A stretch of 60,000 nt of DNA from Mobula hypostoma (Eukaryota): assembly GCF_963921235.1 (NCBI RefSeq), contig NC_086107.1, forward strand, positions 97,962,001-98,022,000, read 5' to 3'. Every line of letters begins with the position of its first letter. Positions within the stretch are counted from its first letter, which is position 1. The translations under genes and the position numbers were made by a program. The notes below the pieces were generated by a model that searched no databases, had not been told where the DNA came from, and saw only the letters and a program-made list of their open reading frames with translations. Positions 10,401-24,356 of this stretch are shown here, in pieces.

Positions 10401-13400
10401 GACCCTATGTTGGCTGACCTGTGTACTTCAAGTTACAGAATTTTTTAAAGTATCCTATTATTTTGAGAAACAATCAGACTGTCAAAACCAAACAATAACA
10501 ATATTTGGTCATTCATGATGCAATACAAGAGTCTTCTTGTTCACCGTCTCTATTTTTATCCCTGTCCAGTAGCATACTTCCCACTGACTGGCAAGAGATG
10601 GCTCTGATAGTGCAGCTGTGAAGACCTTCTGTGGAGTAACTCCTGCAAATCCAATCCTAGCTGATGATACAAAGGACAGGAAAGTTATTATGTTAAGGAA
10701 TAGGGACAGGAAAAAGTGTGGAACATTAAAGTCTAGATTCTCTCAAGTATCGTTTTGAATAAGTTTTAGCATAATCCTGCAACAGCCTGTATATAACATA
10801 AACTGCATATTTAAAAAAAAAATCTGAGCCCATTGTTAATGCCAGACTGGGAAAAATACTAGGTAACGCATCTGTTGTGGACATTTGATCAAAATGTGTC
10901 GTAGCTATACTAGTTTTTATAATAGTCGCGCCTTCTTGGAAAGTTTCCCATACACAAAGCCCCAGACCCAAATATGCACCTTCAAGGTGGCACCTTGACA
11001 AAGTTGTCCATTGGCTCTCCTATGCCTCAGAACAAATTTTTCCCAGCCTGATGTAATCAATAGGTAACAAGAAACAGACTGACCTAAATGAAATAGTTCT
11101 CAGTTTTGTATCAAATTCAACAGTGTCTAGGCAAGATGCAGAAAGCAGCAATCTACTCATTCCTACCTTCAAACCTTTTTGCAACCCGCTTTTCGGGCAG
11201 TGAAACCTCAGACAGGCCCAAGATGTAACCGGACAAGCCCCGACATGACGTCCTGTGAAGGTGAGGGAGATACTTGGCATGCTTGGCAGTAGGGGTTTCA
11301 CAATAGTTGAGAGTAAACTGTTTGCACCACATTACTCCACTTCATAAGAAACCATACCCCGAAGATTGCAATAGAGCCACAAATCCACAATATTCCAGAT
11401 GGATCAGTTGGCCTCTTGCTGCGAACCAGCGGGGATCAAGTAGTTTCTTCTGTATCCGTACTAAGAATGAGCAAACTGTTCCAACTGGAATTCCCCCATT
11501 AAGGGACATTTTTTCCAAAGATGACATAATCTAAACTTGTAGCCAAATCCTGCAGAGACCAAGGACACAATACCATTAATTCCTATCTTACTGCCTTTGC
11601 CCGTTAAAGGGGAGGTTATTTCGGAACAGTCTGTCCATCTCAGTCTGAAATAGTGGGCCAGTAACAGTCAGTCCATGCAGTCTTCCCATCCACATCAGTG
11701 GCTAGAAAGGTTTATTTCTAGCTCCAAGTCACTTAACAGATTGATTGCAGAACTGGCCTGCCATTTAAATGCAGTGCTCGGTGTGAAACCCCTAATCAGC
11801 AGACATTTCCACACGCCCCTTAGTTTCAGCAAGTAAACCAATTATCAGGTGTGTCAAATTTGAATGAGGGGAGAAAGTCAGATTTCAACAGGGGAATTTT
11901 GGTTCTGCTTTCAATTTTCTGATCTTGGAATTGGCTTGTGCTGGTTTTAAATGAACAGGGCTTCAGATAATGATGCTTGCCAGTAAAATATTAAGATTGT
12001 ACTGGATTCCAGCAGTTAGAAAATTAAAGCAGTATAGTTGTAAAAGAGCTCTTCTGGACCAAACTGGGGACATATCATGTTAAGTTGCATCCGCCTCTTT
12101 AAAAAAGAAAGTTAATCCTAACCCATTTCAACACCAATTATCAGAATACCCACAAATATTGCAGGCTGCGTCAACTATCAGAACTACTCCATGGTAGTCA
12201 CTTACAAATACAAGCTCGTTAATCAAAACTGCTTCAGCAAGTCAGTAAAAAGTATTTTACATGTGCACATATAGCACATTAGTACTGTTGCCAACCGACC
12301 AAATACCAAACTGCCTGCATCTGTCAAGAAAACAAGCATTTCATTTAAATAATACAAACCAATGACATTAGTATATAACAAAAACATGCTTCAAAGGGAA
12401 TGCTTCAATGTCCCTTAATGGGCATCTGAATTGCACCACTGTAGTCTCCAAACTTCTAATATGTATTCCCCTACATTATTGCATATCATACTGTCAACTC
12501 TTACAGTGTCATATACATTACACTGAAAAATTGCTGTTCTGTAGGAAGCAACTGATATCATGATATGGATTCCATTCATTTAATTGAAATTCACAGTTCA
12601 AAAGTAATCTAGATAGGCGTTAACTCCTAATAACTTTATACCTGGCATTAAACTGCCCTGTGGTTAAATATTAAACCTGGTGACCACCCAAAAATAAACA
12701 CTACTAAATACTTATATCTGCTTCTTCCTTAGCGACAAAACCAAGACTCTTATCTAAATCGAGAGCCCACAGTGCACATAGCCATTAATCCAGCCCCATT
12801 GTACACTAATCTGGTATAGATGGGAAAGACTACCTGGAACTAAAATGGATAAAGCTCCACTGGTTCAGTACTACACTATGCTAGTTTGATAGGCAAGTCA
12901 AGATGTTTAAGATATTCTCTTCAAAAGTGGCAGGGAGTGGGGCTTCAATTCCAAGTGAGCAAGCCATGCTGGAAATCCAGTCAGTTGACAAACACATCAT
13001 CTGAAGACCCTATTTATTTTAATGAACCAATCTGCTGCAGAGGTTGAACCAGACAGTGCCAGGGCGAGCTGGATAACGGCAGATGGGGTAAACATTATCC
13101 GTAGACCCCAAATTTTGGACAGCCAGCCCAGTGCATAGGGGTTAAAGGCCCCACATGGTAAGGCTAAGCTTGGTTTATGTAGGTGGCGGTAGATGGATAT
13201 CTCCTCTCCCTCTTGGTGCTCGTTTTGTCATGCCTAGGCCTTGCCGCAGGCCTGTACCTTAATATAAAAACAAAGAGATATTTTAAAAAACAAAATTAAG
13301 CCACTTAGTTAACATACTCAAGATGGTGAGGATATCATGGTTCGTCACTTTAACTACAATCTCTCCCAAGTCAGAAAATTTCAGAGTCTGTTCTGAAAAG

Positions 13401-13430
13401 CATTTTTCTGTAAACAAGTCAAGTACAAAC
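7381..13430 (-). other. DDX17: DDX17 intron 11 (6050 nt), with no recognisable transposons; equivalent to the conserved retained intron of DDX5/DDX17
   Basis: Bounded by the exon 11 donor GTTTGT and the exon 12 acceptor TTACAG; no CR1, SINE or Penelope signatures seen by eye, unlike the other large introns. Confidence 0.85.
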
Positions 13431-13490
13431 CTAAACCTCGAGATGCAACGTCAGTTGCAATAAGGATGGGTGCTTTTCCTGATCGGAATT
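13431..13490 (-). CDS. DDX17: DDX17 exon 11 (motif V)
   Basis: cag|...|gtttgt (weak donor), 60 nt; EFRSGKAPILIATDVASRGL. Confidence 0.96.
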   Translation of the reverse strand, partial: NSDQEKHPSLLQLTLHLEV

Positions 13491-15840
13491 CTGCAGAAAG
13501 AACAGAAAAGTGCTTTACTTAAAAAAGACAAAACCAGGATATTTTCTCTTTCAACTCCGTCATTTTTTCAGTTAATTTTAAGTAATTAAAATAGAAGCCA
13601 GTCTAAAGGATGCAGATTTTCCTGCAGAATATTCTTGCTCCAAGGAGAACAAAAGATAAACAATAATTTGTGCAGATCAGAATGATTTCTCATGTCCAAG
13701 TACAGGACATCAGCCCAAGACACTTCACACTAGATCACATAACAAATATATACCATTTGTCAAATATGTAAATTTTATGGAAACATAAGGCGTGCTCATC
13801 TCCCAGAATGTTCAACAGAAAGCGGAATATAGTCAAAGCGAGTACATAGTTGGCATAACAACATTCAATAAAATTAAACAGCAGTTCAATGAACACAGTT
13901 ATACTTCAAGTTACTGTTAACATATTAACCACTGCAAAAGGGGTGGTGCTTCTGGAGAATGGAACTGAACCCAATTTAATGCATTTATGCCAAGCAATGT
14001 AAATATTACATTTCCAGATTTAAAATACACAAATTTTTAAAACAGTCATGAACGGGGCAAAATTCAAAAGCTAAGAGCACAACCAAAGAACAGTTGTAAA
14101 TATATAACAGCTAAACAACCACAGAAATAATCAAAATTAGCTAGAAATGTTCTGTTAGATACGTTAATATTAAATATCACAAATGGGGATCAGTGAACTC
14201 CAGGTATTATCACTCCTCTTTGCTTGTGACCTTAAGATATCAGAAAGGGCAGTATAAATTATGTAAAGATCACTGTGAAGAGAGCCTACAGCTAGAAACA
14301 ATTAACATTCTGCACTAGCGGCAGGATGAATAGAAAAGAAAAACCCATTTAGGGAGATAATGTAGAACCAGGCAGCATAGATTCAGAGTCATGCACAAAT
14401 TCTGAAAGGTATTCAGATTAAGGATCAAATTTATTTTAATTTAAGAAAGCTCAAGTCTTAAGGAAATTAGCAGGATCAGAAAGTAATTAGTGCATTAACA
14501 AAATAGGCAATAAAGGACAACCTAACAAAGATGGAAGGGGTGGAACAAAGTTAAGGGTTATCCATGTGAAGCTACGATACACGTCACAGGCATCTAAGTA
14601 AAAGGAGTATTTAACTCTAATAATTACTACTGACAGGTTATTTTGAATATTGCCTACCTATCTTCTAAAATTTAAATTCAACAAGATGAAAGACTGAAAT
14701 ATCAACTGTTTCCTTCTCCGGAGATGTAGCCTGACCTGGTGAGTACAAAGAGCATTTCTGATTTTTATTCAGAGATGTAGCCTGAGCTGCTGAGTATACA
14801 GAGCATTTTTGGTTTTCATCTAACTTCCAGCATTAGCATTTTTGTGTTCTGTGGGAAAACAGGCATTAAGATGATGCTGATTCTAACTAATTAAGAAGTA
14901 AAAGAGCCAGACTGAATACGTTGACGTGGATATATACAATAGGATCGCAAGAGCCTGATAGTCAGTCAATCTGAAAAGTGTTCTGGGGCAGCACTGAGAT
15001 AGTGGCACAATCCCGATATCATGGGAATTGCTGCACTCCAAGGTTGGAAAAGTAACCTAGTTAATGCATAAAAGCCAACTAGGTTTTAAATCAAGGCAGG
15101 CATAACAGTAGCAGAATGCAAATTTTGTGCCTGGTATTATCTGAGGTACCAGGGAGTTTTCCTTTCAGAGTAAGTAGTTTAGTCCAAAAATGTTCAATGG
15201 ACGAAAGACTCCTCTCTAAGTTCTTATGTACTATGAAACCCGCTTTTGATCTGTAATGAGTAAGGAAGTATTACAAAATTTTAAAAAAGCTGCAGTTCAT
15301 GTAATGTTTAAGCAACTCATTACAATATTCATGTGAGCATTGACTGCATTTTGTTATTTATAAAAACTTTGCTTGCAACAGCCAAATATGAAAGTACAAT
15401 CCGCTCCCCCCCCCCGCCCCCCCATCTTTGGCGATTCCAGAAAGAGGCTGACATATGAAGAAAGGTTAAGTAAGTTGATCCTCACGGAAGCTCAGGAGAG
15501 TGAAGTGACCTTCTTGAAACTAACATTCTGAAGGGGATTGGTAACGGATTGTTTTTCCTCAAGGTGGGTATATACAAGCAGGAGGAATAGCTTCAGTCAC
15601 CAGTTTCAGGTGGAGACGGGGAGGAATGTCTTTCACAGCTAGAAATCCTCAAAATCCTTTACCCTAAAAAGATGCGGAGACAGCACCACTAGATATAATC
15701 AAGATAGAGATTGACAGATATTTAAAATAAAAAGGAGTCAGAAAGATTGGGCAGAAGATTTGATCAACTACAACAGTGACAAAGTAAACTCAAGGACAAA
15801 GTGGCCGACTTCTGTTTCTTATGTTATTTAATATTCTTAC

Positions 15841-15902
15841 CATTAAGGACCCAATCTCTTTCTGGCTGACTTTTATCTCCATGAATGCACATCGCTGGCC
15901 AA
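15841..15902 (-). CDS. DDX17: DDX17 exon 10
   Basis: cag|...|gtaaga, 62 nt; [20 protein letters not shown]. Confidence 0.97.
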
Positions 15903-16424
15903 CTGAAAGAAGGAAAAAAAAATGTTGTTCAATCTTTTATGTGACACAGCCCAACATAACACCACTGTTTCTAATTTTCCAAGTGTAAACACAGGTTTGC
16001 TCTCCTATCCAGCACTCCATCAGCACCAGCATTCATCTATTCTGCCACATATTGTACCAAATGCCTACCACAGAAAGAACACCTAATCCTTTAATGTACT
16101 GCACCCAAATCTTGCAACTCTTTATCACTAACCTGAAATGGTAACCAATTTCCTCCTTCATAGCTGCCGCCCAAATGCTGAGAATCTTTATTTTAAGTTC
16201 TATTCCAGATTTTGAGCAGTGATTTTTTTTTGATTTTTCCATTAACTATATAACCACAATGCCTTTCATCCAGTCAATTATGGTACTCCACTTAAACTAG
16301 TAATCACAGGAAATAATTTAAAGATACCTGAACTACACTTTGGAATACAACAAGAAATCTAGATTCTCTTTAACATTTATAAGCTAATTGTTCTGGCTCT
16401 GAGTTCATGACAGCTAAAGCATAC

Positions 16425-16535
16425 CCATCTCTTCTCATCCTACGGGTCAAGTCATCACAGCGACGCTTGGTTTCTACAAAGATGATTGTTTTATTTTCTT
16501 TCTCTGCCATGATTTCTTCCAGCAGATGGAGCAAT
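16425..16535 (-). CDS. DDX17: DDX17 exon 9 (motif IV)
   Basis: tag|...|gtatgc, 111 nt; LLHLLEEIMAEKENKTIIFVETKRRCDDLTRRMRRDG. Confidence 0.97.
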
Positions 16536-16629
16536 CTACAATTAAACACAAATTCAAACATCACAGTTTTTATATACCACAAAACTCGACTTCAGCAAGA
16601 TAATAAATTATAAAGAAGATTACAACTCA

Positions 16630-16803
<174 letters not shown>

Positions 16804-16902
16804 CTAAAAGAAACAAAGGAACGTTTTTTGGTCTCCACCATGAAACCATGTCACCAATTATGATTTCCCATAATTTCTAATCCCCTGAATACTCTGTCAT
16901 TA

Positions 16903-17253
<351 letters not shown>

Positions 17254-17319
17254 CTACTCCAGCGGAGAGCTAATCAATCAGTTATAAAGTTGTACTGTTA
17301 ATAACACTATTACATTCAA

Positions 17320-17935
17320 TGCTTAGGTGAAAGAACAGCATCAAATGGACCCTCTTTACCACCTTATTTAACTGTGCTGCCCTTAAAAGTATTCTTGGAC
17401 TTATATATCTACATCAACCTCAATACTCAGAAGGCCCCATCACACACTGTGTATATCCTACCCAGCGAGTCTGCAAAAATGAAGAGTTTCATATTGTGAT
17501 TAAATTCCAATCAGCCACTGCTGTTAATATCTTACCAAGTCATCAAGGTCGTGGTTTGTCCAAAATCATGCTTCTTAACATCAACAACATAATTACCTGC
17601 ATAATCTGCAAACTTGTAGTTGTACCTTCCTGTACTCATATCTGAATAGTTAACATAATTATAACCAGCAATCTCTATGGTATACACATACATTAATTAT
17701 AGGCTTCCAATCATAAAAGCACCCTTCTCTACCATCATCCTGTTCCCTACTGCCAAGCCAATTTTAAACCTAATTTTCCAACTTTCCTTGGATTCCCTGG
17801 GCTCCAACTTTTAGGACCACTCTTCAATATGGTAACTGGTCGAAGACCTTATATAAGCCCATGTTAACCGTATCAACTGCACTGCTCTCAACAGTACTCT
17901 TTTGTTACTCTTTTAAAATAAGCTCAATGATGGAC
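17320..17935 (-). mobile_element. Old CR1 remnant in DDX17 intron 6
   Basis: Degenerate RT-like blocks on the minus strand (aaggtcttcgaccag, agtttgcagattat). Confidence 0.5.
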
Positions 17936-17937
17936 TA

Positions 17938-18246
<309 letters not shown>

Positions 18247-18249
18247 TTA

Positions 18250-18530
18250 CAGAACAGTACAGCACAGGAACAGGCCCTTTGGCCCACAATGTTGTGCCAA
18301 ACCAGTTAAAAGGTCAATCAAACTTGCCCCCCTCCCCAAAAACCAATCCTTCCTATCTACACAACATCCATACCCCTCCATCTACCTCATTTCCGTGTGC
18401 CTATATGAACATCTCTTGAAGGCCTCTTAATGTATTTACATCCCAGGAATCCACCACACTGAGTAAAAAAACTTAAAACTCTCACATCCCCCCTTTGAAC
18501 CTACCCCCTCTCACCTGGGAGAAGAAACAG
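18250..18530 (-). mobile_element. CR1 3' remnant about 40 nt upstream of the DDX17 exon 6 acceptor
   Basis: Closely matches 43990-44270. Confidence 0.7.
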
Positions 18531-19004
18531 GTCATGCAATTCTATTTCATAATACTGTATCTCCCTTGGTATCCAAGATTCAAACAGGCTAGACATTGAA
18601 TATACTCAACTCAACACAGAGCTAGTAACTGAAATGCTTAAACTGCTGAGAATAATTAGCAGGCCAGATAGCATCTGTAGAAATCGGAGGTGGAAAGTAA
18701 GAGTGTTTTCCAGCAGTTCATTTTTTTTGTTCACTCTAGTTTCTCCAATTCCTTTACAGGAAATTCACAACCCAACAGATGGAGCCGGTGAGCTTAGGGC
18801 TCTTAATACCAGGTCGCCCACTGAATGCCAGGTTTTTCAGATTTCCAAGTTCCTTACAAGTTCTGTTTAGATTGCTCTTATATAGGGCAATAGAAGCTTA
18901 AGGCATCTTTAAATGTCATAATTTGGTGAACTTACTCCCAACTATAAACCCACCATAGAAAACAAGCAATTTAAGAAAAATACTCGTAATGTAACTTAAG
19001 TCTA

Positions 19005-19115
<111 letters not shown>

Positions 19116-19599
19116 TTAATCATTTAATATATTTACTTACAAGATGATTTAACTCTTCTATTAAAACGACCAAAAATGAATTTTGTAATGCCACCTAAAA
19201 TAAATCTTCTGTATATTCAAACTAACCAATACAATGTGCCTGCTGCTCTTGTCCTAGACAGACAAACAGACCGTGAATTTGTAAGATACTGTCAGAGCCA
19301 CCCAGGCAAGGAATTGGAGTGCATTTTGTAGAAGGCTGCACAGCTTGTGCCCATACAAGTTTTACCATGGCCCATTGATGCCACTTGAAATTCTGCCTTC
19401 TTGGTGTTAGCAGTCACCAACAGTCTGCTAACGACTGAGTGTAGAACACACTGCAATCCAATCTGGCTAATTACCAAATACCGAGGCAACTTGCCTCATT
19501 GTTCAGTAGATGTCACAATTATAACTGCACTGGAACATTTCAGCTAAAAGCATGCCTAGTTCTGCATTGCAAGTCTAGTTCTATAGTTGGGACATTATC

Positions 19600-20375
19600 T
19601 AGTCCCACAGCCTTTACAGAGAATCCATCCCTTAGGGCGTTCAAATGTTTCTGGATATCATCAGGGAGGAGGCTATATAGCATCCAAACCAGGACTAACC
19701 AGACTCAAAAACAGTTACTTTCCCAAGGCAGTAAGGCTGATCAACATCTCCACCCACTAACCCACCTCTCCACACCCCCAACCGTCTCTACTTTATCATC
19801 TTTTGTTAATCACCTTATGTACAGCTACTCCTTTGCCTAATGCCAATTTATGGACATATAATTCATAAATATATAACTGATATCTTCAGTATGTATTCAA
19901 TACCATGTAAAAGTCTCAGGCACATATACATATAGCCCTGAGACACCAAGCAAGGTCATTTGATTCCAAACAAGTGGCTTATTGATCTTACAGAATCTCT
20001 CTCCAGTGCTTTCCACCCCTTCCCAATCATGATATTCCCCCCCACACCTCCCTATCCCCTTTCTGTCCACAATAGAGACCCACATCGGAATCAAGCTTAT
20101 CATTCACATATGTCATTAAATTTGTTTTTTTCTGTGGCAGCAGTACAATGCAATACATAAAATTACTATAGTACCGTGCAAAAATTTTAGGCACCCCTGC
20201 TATATATGTGCCCAAGACTTTTGCACAGTATCATATTTACAATACTTTAAAAAAAAATTATCATGGTGTCCTTTATATTATTGTCCTTTTTTGTGCTGCA
20301 TCCGATCTGGAGTAACAATTATTTTGTTCTCCTTTATATTTGTGTACTAGAAATGACATAAAATAATACTGAATA
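19600..20375 (+). mobile_element. Rex1/Babar-like LINE 3' remnant with nested fragments
   Basis: SGRRLYSIQTRT..LKNSY..AVRLIN-like C-terminus; boundaries approximate. Confidence 0.55.
20168..20233. mobile_element. Miniature Tc1-derived inverted-repeat element (MITE)
   Basis: agtaccgtgcaaaa...ttttgcacagtat; same TIR as the Tc1 at 24357-26095. Confidence 0.65.
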
Positions 20376-20941
20376 TCAAGCAATAAATGGAATCAGATGG
20401 AGACTGGCTTCATAAGCCGAAATGGATCATTCATTCATTGTCAGTGGATGGTCATGACTGTGAGTACTTCCTGCCTTGACATTAACACTCATGAGTTCCC
20501 CCCACTTATTGCATGTTTAATTGCCCACCATTTTTGACTAGATGTGAATGTGACAGGAGTGTAGAGCATTAATTTGATCTGGATTGTTGAATCACTATCC
20601 CTGAAATACTGCACGCTGCATTTCCTATTCAGAGCATCTGTAGTTTCCACAGTACTGGCACTTTATTTTTTTGGCATTCCTGATGCTACTCCCAATATGC
20701 CTTTTGGCAGTCTGCATTGACCGAGAATTGAACCTCAGCTTCCCTGCAGCTGTGGTGACAGGAATATGGTGGGCCATAATATTACTGACTGTGGTGTTCT
20801 ACATTTGTGGCATCAATGAGAAAAATGAAAAGAAAACATTTTTGCAGCTATTGACATTGAAGGATTCAAACCTGCAGACCCCATTGCATGCTACCACAAA
20901 GAAAACTGTATTCAAGCGTTGCTTGCTCGAGTGGTAAACTA

Positions 20942-21235
<294 letters not shown>

Positions 21236-22541
21236 TCATAATGCAAATCAAAGGAGGTTTGCACTCTGACAGAGCTTCAGTATCAGAGATTTTGCTTTTC
21301 TCCATTAGTAACCCATCTTCTGTTCTCAGGTAACAAGTCTACTACCAGACAGTCCGGACTAAAATGCATTCAGTGTGGTTACTGATGTCATACAACATGC
21401 TGTATCATAGTGAAAGCATGCACTCTAATCCTTCGTTTAACAGCAAATTATGAAAAATTTAACAAGATTATGAAAAAACTGCTCGACATCTAAAATGAAG
21501 CAAAACACGGGAAATATTCAGTTCAGACACTTTCTATGAAGAGAAACAGAGCTTTATGTTTCAGGTTGACAACTTTAAATCAGAAGTAACAGGAACTTCA
21601 TACAAATTACAGGAGTGACCTGATAAGGAATGTAGTACACACACAAAACACATCTAGATGAACTAAAGCATTTCTGTTCAACTGTAATTAGTGCTACAGA
21701 ATTCCCAACACACTAAACAAAATGTAGTCAAATACTAATGTGAAACTATTTTGAAAACATTTGTTTTTAGATATATACTTTCATGAGAGCAGATCCTGAG
21801 CAGGAAGCTTAAGGTAAAATAATAACTGAAGAGCATTATAACTCAATTCCTTCAAAGTATTTAACTTTATGTCTCTTTGTCAGAACTAGATTCTTTTAAC
21901 ATTATCAATGGGACCTTGCACAGAGTAACATCACGTGCAGTAGAATTGAACTGCTTCTAGATCAAGGACCATTGTTAAGCAAAAGAGAGATGTAATCTAT
22001 TCCAGGCCCTCTATTGACGCACTTTGACCTTGACCAACTGTCAGTAGTCATTAATCATGGCATTTGCAAATAGTATGCCCTGCAGACCTGGTAGTTTTTT
22101 TCTAAGTCTGAATCATCAATTTACTGTATAAACTGCACAAGGAAGGTGTTTCCACCACACTGCAATCATGTGTCATGGAATACACTGACGGCAAATATTA
22201 AGATACATATGATTAGAAGAATATTTATAAGAAGCTTTAATCTGCAAAGGACTGAAAGTGTTCAATTGAGGCAATGGTGCTAAGGTCAATTAGATTTCAC
22301 ACTCAGTTGAGAAAGCTTTAAGATCCACGCATGGTGACTTTCTCCTGTAATTTTGTTTTTAACATAATCAATGTGACATTGGAAACACTAATCAACATAA
22401 CATAGATTCAAAATGATTTAGTACAACAGGCTACTGCACTGAAAGAGCTGCTTCCTGATTTTCAAAGCTGCAAAATTAGAATCTGGCAATTTCACTGTAG
22501 TTAAGCTGATGAGATGAAAGTGACACATTTGATAAACTCAC

Positions 22542-22638
22542 AAGGGAAATTGGCTTGATGAAATTGGAACACTGGCTTTGGGCAGTCCGTTCCCTTTGTA
22601 GTAATTTCTTTCTTCCGACGGAAATCATCCACTTCAAA
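22542..22638 (-). CDS. DDX17: DDX17 exon 3
   Basis: cag|...|gtgagt, 97 nt; FEVDDFRRKKEITTKGTDCPKPVFQFHQANFP. Confidence 0.95.
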
Positions 22639-24356
22639 CTGCCGAGAGAGTCAAAAAGCAATCCAAATTAAGTTTTCAACTTCAGTAATAAGCTAAGCTC
22701 CTTGTCGCAAGACAGCAATGACAAAATCCAAAACATCAGTGACAATACCACTGGCATTCCTTCAATTTATCAGTCCAAATGTGTTTCTAGGTTTTTCCAA
22801 GATCTGCTAAATTACATGCCACTTACCTTAAAATATATGTTCCCATTATTGTCTCTAAAACCTACTTGGCAGGACCCCTAAATACTTTAAGATGCTTCAA
22901 CATTTCAGCTTAGAAGGTACAGAGATCTATATAAAACTGAAAAATGGTTGTTGATGCTCCACGTTAATTCCTTCCATTTTGCCTTTTCAGCATATCTTCC
23001 TATTCCCCTCGTCTACACAGATGAACCCGTGTCCCTTACCAAGCGGTGTTTTCTCTTCAGTTCTGGCAGACCCTGTATGAATCAATTTTCCAATTCCTCC
23101 TGCTTGTCAATCATGACCTGAGAGGTGAAAACTGATTAGGGTCCAATGCAAATTTACACATTCACTCCAAGTTCTTTATCTCTGGAAATAAATCCCAACA
23201 ATTTCACATTTTTTATATTGCTAACCTATAAACGCTGTTTTCCAGACCCGTCTGTAATTTTAGTTCCTATTGCCAGAATCCACTCTTTTAAAAAGTGCAG
23301 CTCACATTTCTATCTTCCTAATGAAATGTGCATGCACACACCTGCATCCACAATAAAGCTCTGCCAACTTAACATCTTGTTGCATCTTACTGCACTGCTA
23401 ACTAAACATTTAATCACATAATTACCTTCCCAATTAACTCACCTGACCTGTGCATTCTGTACCATTATCTAGGATATTCAAGCCAAATCTTAGTAAATAG
23501 TTCCCCCAATTTTTTTTTAAGTGCTTGCTAACAGAATTATCTAACAGATTTATTGGTGTCACCAGGTAAAGAGTCGGAAACATCTTCAGTTGCAGACTGA
23601 AAGCAACAATATTTTTATACTTTTGGTTTGCACTATATACTACTTAAGAACTTACATTACACAAACATTCATAAACCCCATCCCCAATGTCGTAAATTTC
23701 TGTCAGTTTTCCAACACTGCCAGGTTTCTAAAATGGATGCCAACTGTCACAATAACTTCCCACAATCACAGAGAAGGCTATAGGATCATTTGAATTATTC
23801 AAAATGATGCAGGTTTGGTAAATGAAGATATAAATCTAGCACTTAGTATCCAGAAGACACAAAGATCTAATCTGCAAGCACCCAAGGAGGAACAGATTGT
23901 AATCTAGAATATACTACCTCAAACAAATTCACATATTCTGTTTGACCAAATTTCATTTCTAGATACTCAACTGTTATTTTGAGACAGTGATCATAAATTC
24001 TAGACCCCTAAATTAGGGGAATTATAGTCCTTGCAGCTATCCTACCATGCCCGATCAGATTTTTTTTCAATGGCTAATGAGACCACTTTCATCTAAACCA
24101 GGAAGTCCTAACCTATTTAGTGCCATGAACCCCTTTCATTAACCTCATCCACATTAGCCTTAATTACCTGTGTAGTTGTTAGTTTCATATCAGTAGCAAT
24201 CTTGGCAATGTAAAAAAAATCAATATACAATACTGTGCAAAAGTCTTCTCGTTACTGAACTGCAGCAACTTATACCCACAGGGTGGAGTGAGATTCTCTG
24301 CCAAAGAGGCTCAATTCCCAAATAGATTCTAGGCAGAGGTGACTGACTTTGATATA

